64,000 nucleotides of DNA, from NCBI GenBank assembly GCA_000092065.1, contig CP000594.1; one strand, given 5' to 3'. The position numbers and the translations under genes are program-made. The notes below the pieces were generated by a model. That model was not told the origin of the DNA and did no database searches. It worked only from the letters and a program-made list of their open reading frames with translations. Of the stretch, positions 50,427-60,585 are shown piece after piece (positions within the stretch are counted from its first letter, which is position 1; each line of letters starts with the position of its first letter). This stretch comes from Ostreococcus lucimarinus (Eukaryota).

Positions 50427-52721
50427 TCAACAGACGAGCGGGCTGGCCGGAGCGGCGGGACGGAGCAAAAGGAGCGTCGCGCACAGAGCGACGAGACCGA
50501 GCTCGGTGGACGTCAACAGGGACGGGATGTGGGCGGCGCCGGCGTCGACGACGGCGGAGACGACGTTCGCGAGCGAGGCGCCGGACGCGAGGAGAGCGCG
50601 GCTGTCGGCGCCGACGATGGCGTAGAAGACGACCCAGGGCGCCATACCGAATGCGGTTCCGGCGACGATGGCGCGGATGGGGACTTGAGTGAGACCCAGG
50701 AGGTAGTTGGTGACCGTGAACGGGGCGTGCGGGAGGAGACGCATCAACGAAACTTTGGAGGCTTGCACGAGGGCGTCGCCGTCGCCGCTCACGGCGCGGT
50801 TCACCTTTTTCAACTGCGCCGCGATCGATCGACGCGCGGGCGCACCGATGCCCGTTTGCTGCGCCAAGTCATCGCTGATTTGCCTATACCCTCGAGCGCG
50901 GCTCGCGCTCGCCGAGATGGCGGCGGCGCACACGGCGGCGCATAAACCGAGCGCCGCGCCGTACGCGGGACCAAAAAATAAGCCAGCCATGATGAACAAA
51001 GGCTGCGTAGGAACGAATGGAATTATCGCCGCGAGCGTGGTGATCGCGGTGAGGCACAATGGCGCGAGCACGGGACCAGCTTTACTGATCGCGGACTCGG
51101 CGACGTTGAGCCAGCTCGTCGCTCCGAACGCGGCCTTGACTTTGGTCGCCGTGGCGATCGGACCGGCTTGTCTCGCGTAAACCAGCGCGCTCACGGCGGC
51201 GGCGAAGATGGCGACTTGCAAAATGTGTTGACCACTGATCAAAAAGTCAAACACAGCCACCGCGCGTCGGCGAATACCGATGGCTTTGATCGCCTTGCGC
51301 AAGTTTCGCAACTTGAAAAATCGCTCCAACCCTTTCGAGTACTGGTTCTCTCGGAGATTTCTATTGGACGACATCCATCCCCACTTTTCGACGTCTGCGC
51401 GACTTGCCGCACCCATGCGTTGGCGTTCGCTGTCGTTCTCGAGCAACATCTTGACGTGCTCGGCGGCTTTGTCGTAGTCGTACTCGGGGTAGAGCAAGCC
51501 GACGTCGCCCGGATTGGTGAGGATATCGAGTAAGCCACCGGCGGCGACGGCAACGACGGGTACGCCCGAAGCCATGGACTCCATGACGACAAAACCGAGC
51601 GTCTCACTCGGGCTCGGCATGACGAACACGTCCAAAGACGCGTACGCTGCGGACAAATCGTCTCCCGTGATCATCCCCGTGAAAACTGTATTCGTTCCGG
51701 CAAAGTGCTCCTCGAGCCTTTTACGTTCGGGTCCGTCTCCGATGATGGCCAAATTCACGTTCGACGGTAATTTTGCGAGAATATCTTTGAGATCTCCCAA
51801 GCGCTTTTCCGCGCCGAGGCGTCCGACGCACCCGATGATCGGACCGTCGCGACCGCCGCTCAGACGCTTGCGCATCTCCTCGCTCTTAAAGCTCGGATTG
51901 AACGCCACCGTGTCCACGCCCTTGTCCCAGACTTGCAAATTTTTACACCCTTCTCCTCTCAACTCGTTCTCCAGAATGCTCGAAGTCACCAACGTCGTCG
52001 ACGCGTAGCCGTTCCAAAACCGAATCAAGTCCCACATCGGCTTGACCAACCCCGCCCACGTGTACCTCGGAATGTAGTGCGGAATGTGCGTGTGATACGA
52101 CTCCACGAGCGGTATATCCATCGCCTTACAGTACGTCATCGCCCCAAAAATCATCCCTCCCGGCACCGCGCAGTGCACCAAGTCCGGTTTATTCTCCTTA
52201 AACTCCCGCCACACCCGTCCGTCGAGCCCGAACGAGCACAGCAGCGTGTCCGTCCCGTAAAACGGCAGCACGAACCCTCTCAACCCGATCACCTTCGCCC
52301 CGTGATACTCCTTCGGCGGATCGCGATCGGGCGTGATCACCACCACGTCGTCTCCCATCTCTCGCAGGTTCTCGATCAATCGCAGGAATCGATTCTTCAT
52401 CCCGCTCACGTGCGAAAACGGGCTCGGCTCCACGAAGATGGCCACGCGTCGTTTCGGTCGCGCGTCCGTCGTCGCCGTCGCCGTCGCGGTCGTTCGCGTC
52501 GTCGCGCGTCGCCTCGCGACGACCACCGCGGCGTTCCGCGTCGCCGTCGAGCGCGCGTCCGCGCGTCCCGCGTCGCCGTCGCGTCGTTTCGGTCGGAATA
52601 TACCACCGCCCGTCGTCGTCGTCGTCGTCGCGCGCGTCGTCGTCGTCGTCGTCGCGCGCCGCGGTCGCGCCGACGCTCGAGGCGCGCGCGTCATCGCGCG
52701 CGTCGCGAACCTCGCGTCCAT
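50427..52721 (-). CDS. SQD2: Sulfoquinovosyl-diacylglycerol synthase SQD2 (GT4) with transit peptide, fused in one ORF to a C-terminal DedA/TVP38/TMEM64 (SNARE-associated) multi-TM domain
   Basis: Residues about 100-490 match Arabidopsis SQD2 nearly block for block (RVAIFVEPSPFSHVSGMKNRF, LREMGDDVVVIT, SYHTHIPHYIPRYTWAGLVKPMWDLIRF, IGDGPERKRLEEHFAG, LDVFVMPSPSETLGFVVMESMASGVPVVA, NQYS). The last about 275 aa contain DedA-family blocks (FVPTQPLFIMAGLFFGPAYGAALG... and LMRLLPHAPFTVTNYLLGLTQVPIRAIVAGTAFGMAP). First ATG 52721 (track start 52760 is GTG). Confidence 0.85.
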   Translation of the reverse strand: MDARFATRAMTRAPRASARPRRATTTTTTRATTTTTTGGGIFRPKRRDGDAGRADARSTATRNAAVVVARRRATTRTTATATATTDARPKRRVAIFVEPSPFSHVSGMKNRFLRLIENLREMGDDVVVITPDRDPPKEYHGAKVIGLRGFVLPFYGTDTLLCSFGLDGRVWREFKENKPDLVHCAVPGGMIFGAMTYCKAMDIPLVESYHTHIPHYIPRYTWAGLVKPMWDLIRFWNGYASTTLVTSSILENELRGEGCKNLQVWDKGVDTVAFNPSFKSEEMRKRLSGGRDGPIIGCVGRLGAEKRLGDLKDILAKLPSNVNLAIIGDGPERKRLEEHFAGTNTVFTGMITGDDLSAAYASLDVFVMPSPSETLGFVVMESMASGVPVVAVAAGGLLDILTNPGDVGLLYPEYDYDKAAEHVKMLLENDSERQRMGAASRADVEKWGWMSSNRNLRENQYSKGLERFFKLRNLRKAIKAIGIRRRAVAVFDFLISGQHILQVAIFAAAVSALVYARQAGPIATATKVKAAFGATSWLNVAESAISKAGPVLAPLCLTAITTLAAIIPFVPTQPLFIMAGLFFGPAYGAALGLCAAVCAAAISASASRARGYRQISDDLAQQTGIGAPARRSIAAQLKKVNRAVSGDGDALVQASKVSLMRLLPHAPFTVTNYLLGLTQVPIRAIVAGTAFGMAPWVVFYAIVGADSRALLASGASLANVVSAVVDAGAAHIPSLLTSTELGLVALCATLLLLRPAAPASPLVC

Positions 52722-52771
52722 CGTCGCGGGCGTCGGCGCGAGCCCCCGCGCGTCCCGCACTGCCGCGCGCG

Positions 52772-53341
52772 ATGGACGCCCCGACGTCGGCGCTCGCGAT
52801 CGACCGCGCGGCGGTCGACCGCATCGCGCGCGCCGCGACGCTGTCGACGCTCGCGGGCGCGCTCGCGGGCGCGGCGCTGGCGCTGCGACGACGCCGACCG
52901 CAGGCGGTGGCGCCGACGCACGCCGTCGCGGGCGCGGCGAACGTCGGCGCGTGCGGCGCGGCGCACGCGACGACGCTCGAGGCGCTGGACAGACGGCCGG
53001 ACGCGCGAGGCGCGACGACGCACGCCGTCGCGGGCGCGTGCGTCGGGACGGGCGCGGCGTGGGTGAGGTGGGGACGACGCGCGGCGACGGCGGGCGCGGC
53101 GTGCGGCGCGGCGGCGGCGGGCGGCGCGAGGGCGTGCGCGACGGCGCTCGAGGGCGCGGGAGAGCGCGGGTACGAGTTCCCGAGGTGGTTTCCGGTGCAA
53201 ATCGTGCGAGAGGAGGGGCGCGAGGACGAGCTGCTGGCGCTTATGGGGCGGGCGCAGCGAGGCGAGCTGTCGGCGGAGGACGAGGCGAGGACGCGGGACG
53301 CGTACGCGCGGTGGAAGATGCGTCGAGCGGGGAGAGGGTAG
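52772..53341 (+). CDS. Possible small Ala/Gly-rich protein with conserved-looking C-terminus (hypothetical)
   Basis: ATG start 50 nt from the divergent SQD2 ATG; C-terminal GYEFPRWFPVQIVREEGREDELLALMGRAQRGELSAEDEARTRDAYARWKM is non-repetitive, but most of the ORF is low-complexity. It could be a GC-composition artefact. Confidence 0.2.
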   Translation: MDAPTSALAIDRAAVDRIARAATLSTLAGALAGAALALRRRRPQAVAPTHAVAGAANVGACGAAHATTLEALDRRPDARGATTHAVAGACVGTGAAWVRWGRRAATAGAACGAAAAGGARACATALEGAGERGYEFPRWFPVQIVREEGREDELLALMGRAQRGELSAEDEARTRDAYARWKMRRAGRG

Positions 53342-53449
53342 AGGCGCGCGCGGCGAAGCGGTGAAGTGGAAAAGTTAGCGTAGAATACAATCGCGATCGG
53401 CGAACGTCGGTCGAGACGCGACGCGACGCGACGCGCGCGCGCGCGAGGC

Positions 53450-54115
53450 TCAAATCATCGAAGGCGGCGTCGCGCCGAGAGACGCTAAACGTTTGAGCAT
53501 GTCTCGCCCGAAACTCCCCGGCGAGTCGTCGCGCGCCAGAGGCACCGAAATTTCAAACGGGAAGCTCACGACGTCGCTCGTCGTCACCGGCGGCACGTGC
53601 GCCTTCATCTCGTTCACCAATCCCAGCACGTGTCGCTGCGTCCCGACGACTTGGTCTCGCAGCGCCTCCCGCGCGCGCGCGCGCTCCGTCTCGTCCAACT
53701 CCTCACCCCTAAAAATCTCCAATCCGATCCTCCACTGTTCCCAGTACCCATTCGCCGCGCGCGCTTCCTCCCGTCGCGTTCGTCCGCCGCTCAGCGCCTC
53801 TCGCAGCGCGCCGCCGCGTCTCGGCTTGTCCCGCTCGCGCTCGTAAAAGCTCACCGCCACGTCCGCCTCCCCGCCTCCCGTCTTCAGCGCCCATCGCACG
53901 AGGGCGTTTATCTTCTCCTCTATCTTCCCGTCCACCGCGCCGTCGCCGCACGCGACGTAGTGCACGTCCACGCGCTCGCATCGCGCGTCCCGAGGCGCGC
54001 AGCATCCGAGCGCGCGCGCGAAGACGATCGTGTGCAGCAGCGCCGAGAGCACGTCGCGCACCTGCGACAGCTCGCATCGCAGCGGCGGCAGCGCGAACAC
54101 CTCCCGCGCCCGCAT
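53450..54115 (-). CDS. ATG101: Autophagy-related protein 101 (ATG101) homologue
   Basis: ALLHTIVFARA vs human AVLHTVLLHR; VSFYERERDKP vs LEFYQKKKSRWP; YWEQWRIGLEIF vs PWEVWTVKVHVV; VVSFPFEISVP vs PYLYKISFQIT; similar length. Confidence 0.65.
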   Translation of the reverse strand: MRAREVFALPPLRCELSQVRDVLSALLHTIVFARALGCCAPRDARCERVDVHYVACGDGAVDGKIEEKINALVRWALKTGGGEADVAVSFYERERDKPRRGGALREALSGGRTRREEARAANGYWEQWRIGLEIFRGEELDETERARAREALRDQVVGTQRHVLGLVNEMKAHVPPVTTSDVVSFPFEISVPLARDDSPGSFGRDMLKRLASLGATPPSMI

Positions 54116-54277
54116 GCGCGCGCGCGTCGACGCGCGCCGCGATGCGCGGTCGCGGCGCGGTCGCATCGCGATTCCGTCGCCACCGCGGCGTAACACTATA
54201 AAACGCGCGGACGCGACGACGCCGACGGTGTCGCGCCGCAGAAGACGACGCGCGCGACGCGACGCGACGCGAGCGGC

Positions 54278-56437
54278 ATGGACGAGCGAGCGGCGCTGCT
54301 CTCGCGCGCGGTCGCGGACGCGGAGGAGCGGACGCGCGCGGAAACGCGCGGGCGCGCGCGCGCGCGAGGGAAAGATGGGAAAGTCTCGACGTCGCGATCG
54401 GACGACGACGACGACGCGGTGCTCGAAAGAAGCGCGGGACGGGGTCGACGGACGCGGGCGATGATGGTGACGATCGGACTGGCGTGCGCGGTGGGATTGG
54501 CGGCGCTCGGGGCGCGGACGCGCGGCGGAGACGGCGGACTTTTGGGCGGGCGCGGCGCGAGCGACGGCGCGGCGACGAAACGGGGCGAGCGCGGACGTTC
54601 GTCGCGCGCGAAGACTTCGACCGGGGGCGCGCGCGCGAGTGTGGATTTAACGGCGGAGACGGAGAGCCGGGAGGTTGTGCGCGTCGCGGGCGTGGAGGAC
54701 TTCACGGCGAGCGATTCGCGATTGGCGGGTTACAGCAAGCTCGAGGTCGCGGACGCCATCAAGCACGCCGTGGAGTTTGTGAAGAAGGAGCAGTTGGAGG
54801 AAAAGCGACTTGAAGCGAAAACGTCGTCTGACGTGGGCGGGCTCGGCTCGGATGAGATCCCGGATGAGGATACCTGGGGCACGCCGATGCACCTGATGGC
54901 GAGACCGGGCGCGGCGAAGGACAGAGACGCGCTCAAGGTGACGCTGAGCAAGCTGCTGACGACGCACGACGTTGAATTGGTGTCAAAGAACGTCAAAATC
55001 ACCGCCAGTGTAAATCCGAAGAAATGGCCTGATGGCTTAGATCGCGCGGTGTACGCGCTCAAGTCGGTTTTTGAAATCCTCGGAGGCGACTACTTGCACC
55101 CGGATTTCTCCCTATTGAAAGGTTTGGACTGGATCGAAGCGCCGAACTCGCGTGATTTAGACGGTAAGATCGCCGGTGCATGGGGCGCGCTCTCTAATCA
55201 CGTCGGCACACTCTTCGGTCACATGTACCAGTGGCAGCTCGCCAAGGATTCGATGAACAAGGCCACCATCATCGTCGACAGCGACGGCCTCGCGCCGACA
55301 AAGCTCGGGGTGCCGGTGTCGTCGTTCGGGGCCATCATAGACAACGTGCCGGCGGAGTACGATATCATCTTACTCAACACTTATCCCGATGTCGAGAACT
55401 CGCACACGGTCGCGGAATTTCCCGATCACAGAGGGCACGACCTCAAGCTCACAACTTGGAAATCGCCCGGGCACACCGGCTTGAGCACTTACATAATCTC
55501 GTCGTCGTTCCCGGATAGAGTGTTCGCGTACGCCGCACAGAAGGGTGCGGGCTACTTAGACTCTTGGATTGTCGATGATTTGTGCACTCGTAAAGTATGC
55601 GATGACGATGGAGAAATTGTCGGCATGGGCGCAATCACGGCGAGCCAGCCTTTGCTGCGATGCTACCGAGCACACGGGGTCATTGAAACGCATCACGACA
55701 AGCAGAGCGACCAAGCGACGACTGTGATCGCTGAGAACGTGGAAGCAAACACGACCACTGTGCTAGCGACTGGTAAGTTGGTTGGCGATCACAAACACGC
55801 GACGAAGGAAGACGACAAACCGGGCAAGGCCAAGGGGGTGTCTGACGACTCGCTCAAGAAAGTCATGGACGAGACTTTGGACGAAGACTCTGAGCGGCGT
55901 GCCAGTCAGAAGAAGTCTTCACACCATGACAACGACTCCGATCATTCGTCGAAGGAGTCTTCGAACAAGGATTCCGACGCCGACGCGAAAAAATCAAAGC
56001 ACGCGCATGTCCACGAAGCCGCTGCGCTCGAGGCGAGTCTCGGCGTGACGCCCTTTGCTCGCGAGTCTCACGCGACGAAGCCGACCGGGTTAACGAGCGA
56101 TTTCATCTTCGATTCAATGCACGAGCTCAACGCTGAGCATGGATCTTTGATTCACAAGAAGTTTTCCTTGTTGCACAAGCATCAGCACGAGCGCGAGCGC
56201 GTTGAGGCGATGATAAAGCGTCTTCATGACCTGAGGGCGTCGGGCAAGGAGGCGACAGCTCAGGACATCTTGAGCGCGGTACCGACGGAGGAAGAACCGA
56301 TCGCGGAACCGATCGTAGAACCCATCGCCGTGGTGCCTCAGAGCGTGGTAGAGCCGGCGCGCAAAGAAGAATTCGAGGCGAAGAAGCCGGCGCCCGAGGC
56401 TGACGCAGAAGTCGGCAACTTTCTGACGGGGCTCTGA
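54278..56437 (+). CDS. Type II membrane protein with large lumenal/extracellular domain and acidic, Lys/Asp/Ser-rich C-terminal region; function unknown
   Basis: ATG 54278, single TM MMVTIGLACAVGLAALGA near the N-terminus, then about 450 aa globular region (no recognised motif), then a low-complexity charged tail. GC is noticeably lower than in neighbouring genes. Confidence 0.5.
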   Translation: MDERAALLSRAVADAEERTRAETRGRARARGKDGKVSTSRSDDDDDAVLERSAGRGRRTRAMMVTIGLACAVGLAALGARTRGGDGGLLGGRGASDGAATKRGERGRSSRAKTSTGGARASVDLTAETESREVVRVAGVEDFTASDSRLAGYSKLEVADAIKHAVEFVKKEQLEEKRLEAKTSSDVGGLGSDEIPDEDTWGTPMHLMARPGAAKDRDALKVTLSKLLTTHDVELVSKNVKITASVNPKKWPDGLDRAVYALKSVFEILGGDYLHPDFSLLKGLDWIEAPNSRDLDGKIAGAWGALSNHVGTLFGHMYQWQLAKDSMNKATIIVDSDGLAPTKLGVPVSSFGAIIDNVPAEYDIILLNTYPDVENSHTVAEFPDHRGHDLKLTTWKSPGHTGLSTYIISSSFPDRVFAYAAQKGAGYLDSWIVDDLCTRKVCDDDGEIVGMGAITASQPLLRCYRAHGVIETHHDKQSDQATTVIAENVEANTTTVLATGKLVGDHKHATKEDDKPGKAKGVSDDSLKKVMDETLDEDSERRASQKKSSHHDNDSDHSSKESSNKDSDADAKKSKHAHVHEAAALEASLGVTPFARESHATKPTGLTSDFIFDSMHELNAEHGSLIHKKFSLLHKHQHERERVEAMIKRLHDLRASGKEATAQDILSAVPTEEEPIAEPIVEPIAVVPQSVVEPARKEEFEAKKPAPEADAEVGNFLTGL

Positions 56438-56610
56438 TCTAGCGTAAACAAAATTTTAATGAGCGAAATGTAGCGAAATAATAGGAATTACTGAATGTTT
56501 GGTCGCGGTGAGGTCATTACAACCGCGTGACGCGTCACAAAGTGACGCATCTCGCGACAAACGAAGACTATATGGTGTCTACGCGTCGGTGACGTGAAAC
56601 ACGACAACGC

Positions 56611-57416
56611 TTACGCGGCCGCACGAAGAGCTTCGAGCTTGGCCTTGAGGTTGGCCTTCTTCTCTTCGTACGTGAGCTTCGGAAGCTTGAACAGACGCCC
56701 AGCGTCCGCCGGCTTCACGCGTTCCTTCTTCTCGTGGACGGGGTCTTCGCGAATGGCATCGAGGACGTCCTCCATGGCGTCTTCGAGCTCAGTCGGGTCG
56801 AAGTCCGCGGCCAAGTACTTGGCAAACTGCTGTTCGAACTTTTCCGGTTCCTCCTCTTGCAGCTCTTCCGCGTACTCGGCGACAACACCACCCTTGATGT
56901 ATCGCTCGAGAGTGTCCGGATCGTGGGACTTGTCTTGGAGATCGTACCCAGCGAATCGCTTTTCGTTGTGCGGAATGTCCAACCCGCCGTCCACCGCACC
57001 CTTGAGCGCAGCGAACACTCGCGCGCCGGTCGACGTTCGCACCAAACCGGTGTCCAAGAAGCACTTGAACGGGCGCGCTTCCTCATCACCTTGTTCAACG
57101 TGGTAATCCTCCCCGAGGTCCTCCGTCTTACCCTCGTACGCATCCGCCAAGCCGTACTTCGTCAACAGTCGTCGCGCGCACAGCAACCCGGTCGCGTACG
57201 TCGCGGCGTAGTTCGTCAAACCCGCCTTCATCCCGTACTTCGGCAACTCGTGCGAGTACGCGGACGCGATGCACACGTCACCCGCGAGCGTGGCGTAGAC
57301 AACTTGGCAAATCACATCGCGGTTCGTAAAGCGCACGACGAATCGGTACTTCGGCGAGTTGTACTTGTTCTTGTCCTGCGTGATCAAGCGCTGACGAGCG
57401 TAGTAATCCGTCTTGC
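56611..57416 (-). CDS. RPL5: 60S ribosomal protein L5 (uL18), exon 2
   Basis: GKTDYYARQRLITQDKNKYNSPKYRFVVRFTNRDVICQ...HELPKYGMKAGLTNYAATYATGLLCARR... matches human RPL5 from residue about 36 to the end; preceded by CGCAG acceptor. Confidence 0.9.
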
Positions 57417-57758
57417 CTGCGAGCGCGAAAACGTCCCGCGTCCAGCGCGAGCGCGTGATTTAAATCGTCAGTCCACACTCTGCGCGCTCGCACGCCCGCG
57501 CGCGCGTCGCGCGCGCGCTCGTTCGCGCCCGCGCGCGCGGTGCCGAAAAACCCTCGAGCGCGCCACCGCGCGGACATCGATGCGCCCCACGTCGCCGCGC
57601 CGCGCGCGCGCGCGATCGCACGCGTTCGAAACGAAGCATACGAATCATCCGCATCGAACGACGCGATCGACGCCGTCTCGACGGCGTCGACGCGTCGGTC
57701 GCGGCGCGATGATCGTCGCGCGATCGAGAAAGCCCTAAACGCGATGCCGAAGACGTAC
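57417..57758 (-). other. RPL5 intron (342 nt), GTACGT donor ... CAG acceptor
   Basis: Joins exon 1 (...KFARRRA + G) to exon 2 (GC AAG ACG...), giving FARRRAGKTDYYARQRL, compared with human FRRRREGKTDYYARKRL. Confidence 0.85.
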
Positions 57759-57855
57759 CAGCGCGGCGACGCGCGAACTTGACTTGGAAGCGCGAGAAGT
57801 ACGCGTTGGTCTTCGCCACGGATTGGGACTTGCGTTTGACTTTTCTGCGACCCAT
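57759..57855 (-). CDS. RPL5: RPL5 exon 1 (MGRRKVKRKSQSVAKTNAYFSRFQVKFARRRA-G)
   Basis: ATG 57855 in Kozak context CAACCATGG; matches human RPL5 N-terminus [26 protein letters not shown]; ends G|GTACGT. Confidence 0.85.
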
Positions 57856-59541
57856 GGTTGCGTCGTGTGACACGCGAGGCGCGCGCGTCGAAAAGACGGA
57901 GCGCGACGGGCGGGGCGTGGCATCGTGCGCGCGAGGATGGTGTGGTCCGTGTTTGTAGTTTACGATTTTGTTCCAAAGGCGTACTGCTACAGGCGCTCGC
58001 GCACGACGACGGGCACCGTTCGCTCGCCCACGGGTTCGCCGCGAATGAAGAGCGGAATGTCGTACTCGCCGAAATCTACGATCGGGCGCTCGAGCATGAG
58101 CGCGCCAGGGGTAAGATTGAGGGATTTCTGACGTCGAATCTGGAGAGAGACGAAGGCGCGGCGGTGAGTCTTCGCGAGGGTAGAAATCAAACAAACGCCG
58201 GGTGTCGGCGGTGCTCGACGGTCGTCGTCGTCGGTGTCGTCGTCGCGTCAGAATAATGTCTCCTCACGGGTTATAGGCATGAATCCGTCCATTCAGACGG
58301 AGGCGCGATGCTATCAGGTGACAATTTCTCTTCACTCGCGAACGAAGACGAGACGAGACGAGATGAGAATCGAATCGACGGAGCGCGCGTCAGTCGAATC
58401 ACGCACCTCTTCAACGATATTTTCCCGCGTCACCGCGATGCGAGGTTTCCCAGTTTTCTTGTCCTTAATTCTTCTAAAAGCGATCGCCGGTTCCGCGGTG
58501 AGCATCTTCATCACCGTGGCGCGTTCCTGCGAGTACGTACGATCGTCGTCGGCGTCAGTCCTAGCGCCATTGGCGTTTTGATTCATCGTCATGATTGACG
58601 ACGTGCGACGTTCGCGCGCCAGATACTTTGCTCAGACAGCCAAGGGAAACGTTTTGTAAACACCGGAGCCGAAACTCGAATCTTCAGAAACTCTAGTCCG
58701 TAGAAAGTTCCAGTCATCATCGCAGGCGTATCAAATGCCTCGACTTCGTCAGCGTCGTCATCACGGCGACGGCTACTCGATCATTTCTCCCATCGCGTCG
58801 CTACGTACCTTGCGTTTGTGTTCCTCCTCTTGCGCCGTCGCCGCGGCTTCGTCTCCGTCCTCCCCCCCCGCCTCGATTCGCGCCCTCTCCCGCGCCGCCA
58901 ACCGCTCGCGCGCCGCCGCTAACTTCTCCGCATTCACATACGTCGCCAACTTCCCCGGCACGAGATGATTCCTCGCCCGTCCCGGCCGCACGTGCGCGAC
59001 CTCGTCGACGTCGCCGAGCCCGCTCACCGGCGCCCTCAGAATCACCTCCACCCTCCGGTTCGCCTTCTTCCACCACCGCCGCTCGACGCGCATCGACGCC
59101 GGCATCACCCCAGCCTCCCCCACGCGCGCGCTCGCGCTCGACGCGATCGACAGCGCGCGCGCGCGCCCCGGCACCGTCGAACCTCCCGTCGGCGCGCGCG
59201 CCTCCACCGCGCGCTCGCCGAGCGCCCGCGCGAGCGCGCGCGTCGCGCGTCGCGTCGCGTCGCGCGCGCGCGGTCCCCACATCGCGCGTCACGCGTTCGT
59301 CGCGCGCGCCGTCGCCGTCGCGCGCGCCGTCGTCGTCGCGCTCTGCCGCCGCGCGCGCCGATCGACCCACCGATCGATTCGTTTTCAATCGAACCTCGAG
59401 CGAGGTTCGCTCGCGCGCGCTCGATCGACGATCGTCGATCGACTCCGGGGCGTCGAACGCGGCCTCGCGGGGGCAGAGCGCGACGACGCCGCGCGCGCGA
59501 TCCGTCTCTTTGCGACGCGCGAAAGCCGACGCTCTTTCGAG
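57856..59541. promoter_or_regulatory. Candidate shared bidirectional promoter/5'UTR region of divergent ribosomal-protein genes RPL5 (-) and RPL27a (+)
   Basis: Head-to-head arrangement of the two start codons about 1.7 kb apart; inference only, no motif identified. Confidence 0.3.
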
Positions 59542-59552
59542 ATGCCGACGAG
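59542..59552 (+). CDS. RPL27A: 60S ribosomal protein L27a (uL15), 11-nt exon 1 (ATG CCG ACG AG)
   Basis: ATGCCGACGAG|GTGCGG; spliced product [29 protein letters not shown] matches human [29 protein letters not shown]. Confidence 0.7.
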
Positions 59553-59989
59553 GTGCGGGCGATGAAACGGCGAGCGATGCGATGCGTTCGATCGGGCGCG
59601 ACGTCGCGGCGCGCGCGCGGTCGCGCGCGCGACGGGAGGGGCGAACGCGGCGTGGACGCGATGGCGAGCCCTAGCGATCGGTGTGCGGCGTGGACGCGCC
59701 CGGGCGAGCGGCGCGAACGCGCGCGGGCGCTCGCGCGCGCGCGGTTGGGCGTGCGGGATTGCGATGCGTCGTTTCGAGGCGCGCGCGGGCGGGCGTGCGG
59801 GGGAGACGCGCGCGTTCGACGCGCGCGTTCGGCGCGTTCGGAGGCTTTAGGGTTTTTAGGAGGACTCGACGCGGGACGCGTCGCGGAGCGCGCGGCGCGG
59901 TGGTTCGCGCGATGGCGCGAGAGCGATGGAAAAACTTCGGAGAATCGTCGACTGACCGAGGACGTGTGTTTGTTTGCGCGCGCGATTAG
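59553..59989 (+). other. RPL27a intron (437 nt), GTGCGG donor ... TAG acceptor
   Basis: Only AG upstream of the conserved exon-2 start; phase works (AG + G = Arg). Confidence 0.65.
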
Positions 59990-60422
59990 GTTGCATAAGA
60001 ACCGCAAGAAGCGCGGGCACGTGTCCGCGGGTCACGGCCGTATCGGTAAGCACCGCAAGCACCCGGCGGGTCGCGGTATGGCGGGTGGTCAACACCATCA
60101 CAGAATTATGATGGATAAGTATCACCCGGGTTACTTCGGTAAGGTTGGTATGCGTCACTTCCACAAGCTCAAGAACCACTACCACTGCCCGACCATCAAC
60201 ATTGACAAGCTTTGGACGCTCGTCGGCGAGGAGAAGCGTGAGGAGTGCGCCAAGAACACGTCTCAAGCGCCGGTGATTGATCTCACTGATCACGGTATCT
60301 TCAAGCTTCTCGGTAAGGGTCAACTCCCGAGCCAACCGGTCGTGGTGAAGTGCCGTTACATTAGCAAACTCGCCGAAAAGAAGATCAAGGATGTCGGCGG
60401 CGCGTGCATTCTCACCGCGTAA
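59990..60422 (+). CDS. RPL27A: RPL27a exon 2
   Basis: [59 protein letters not shown]...KLWTLV...[49 protein letters not shown], near-identical in pattern to human RPL27A. Confidence 0.9.
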
Positions 60423-60585
60423 AGGGCGTCTCTCGAATTCGGGTTCGTCTTCTGGGTAGTCTGGGATTAGTACCGCGCGTTGTTATGAGTAACATTCATC
60501 TCACGCGTTCATCAACCTAACCACATCCATCGAGCACGACTCCGCCCGCCTCACTCGTCGCCGCGCCGCGGAATATTCACTTCAA

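Noticed and set aside
58332-58592. 86-aa minus-strand ORF (MTMNQNANGARTDADDDRTYSQERATVMKMLTAEPAIAFRRIKDKKTGKPRIAVTRENIVEEVRDS...) between the RPL5 and RPL27a starts, as a confident gene
   Set aside because: There is no recognisable family and it lies in the putative shared promoter/5'UTR region. I kept it only as a low-priority candidate under the uncharacterised-ORF finding.
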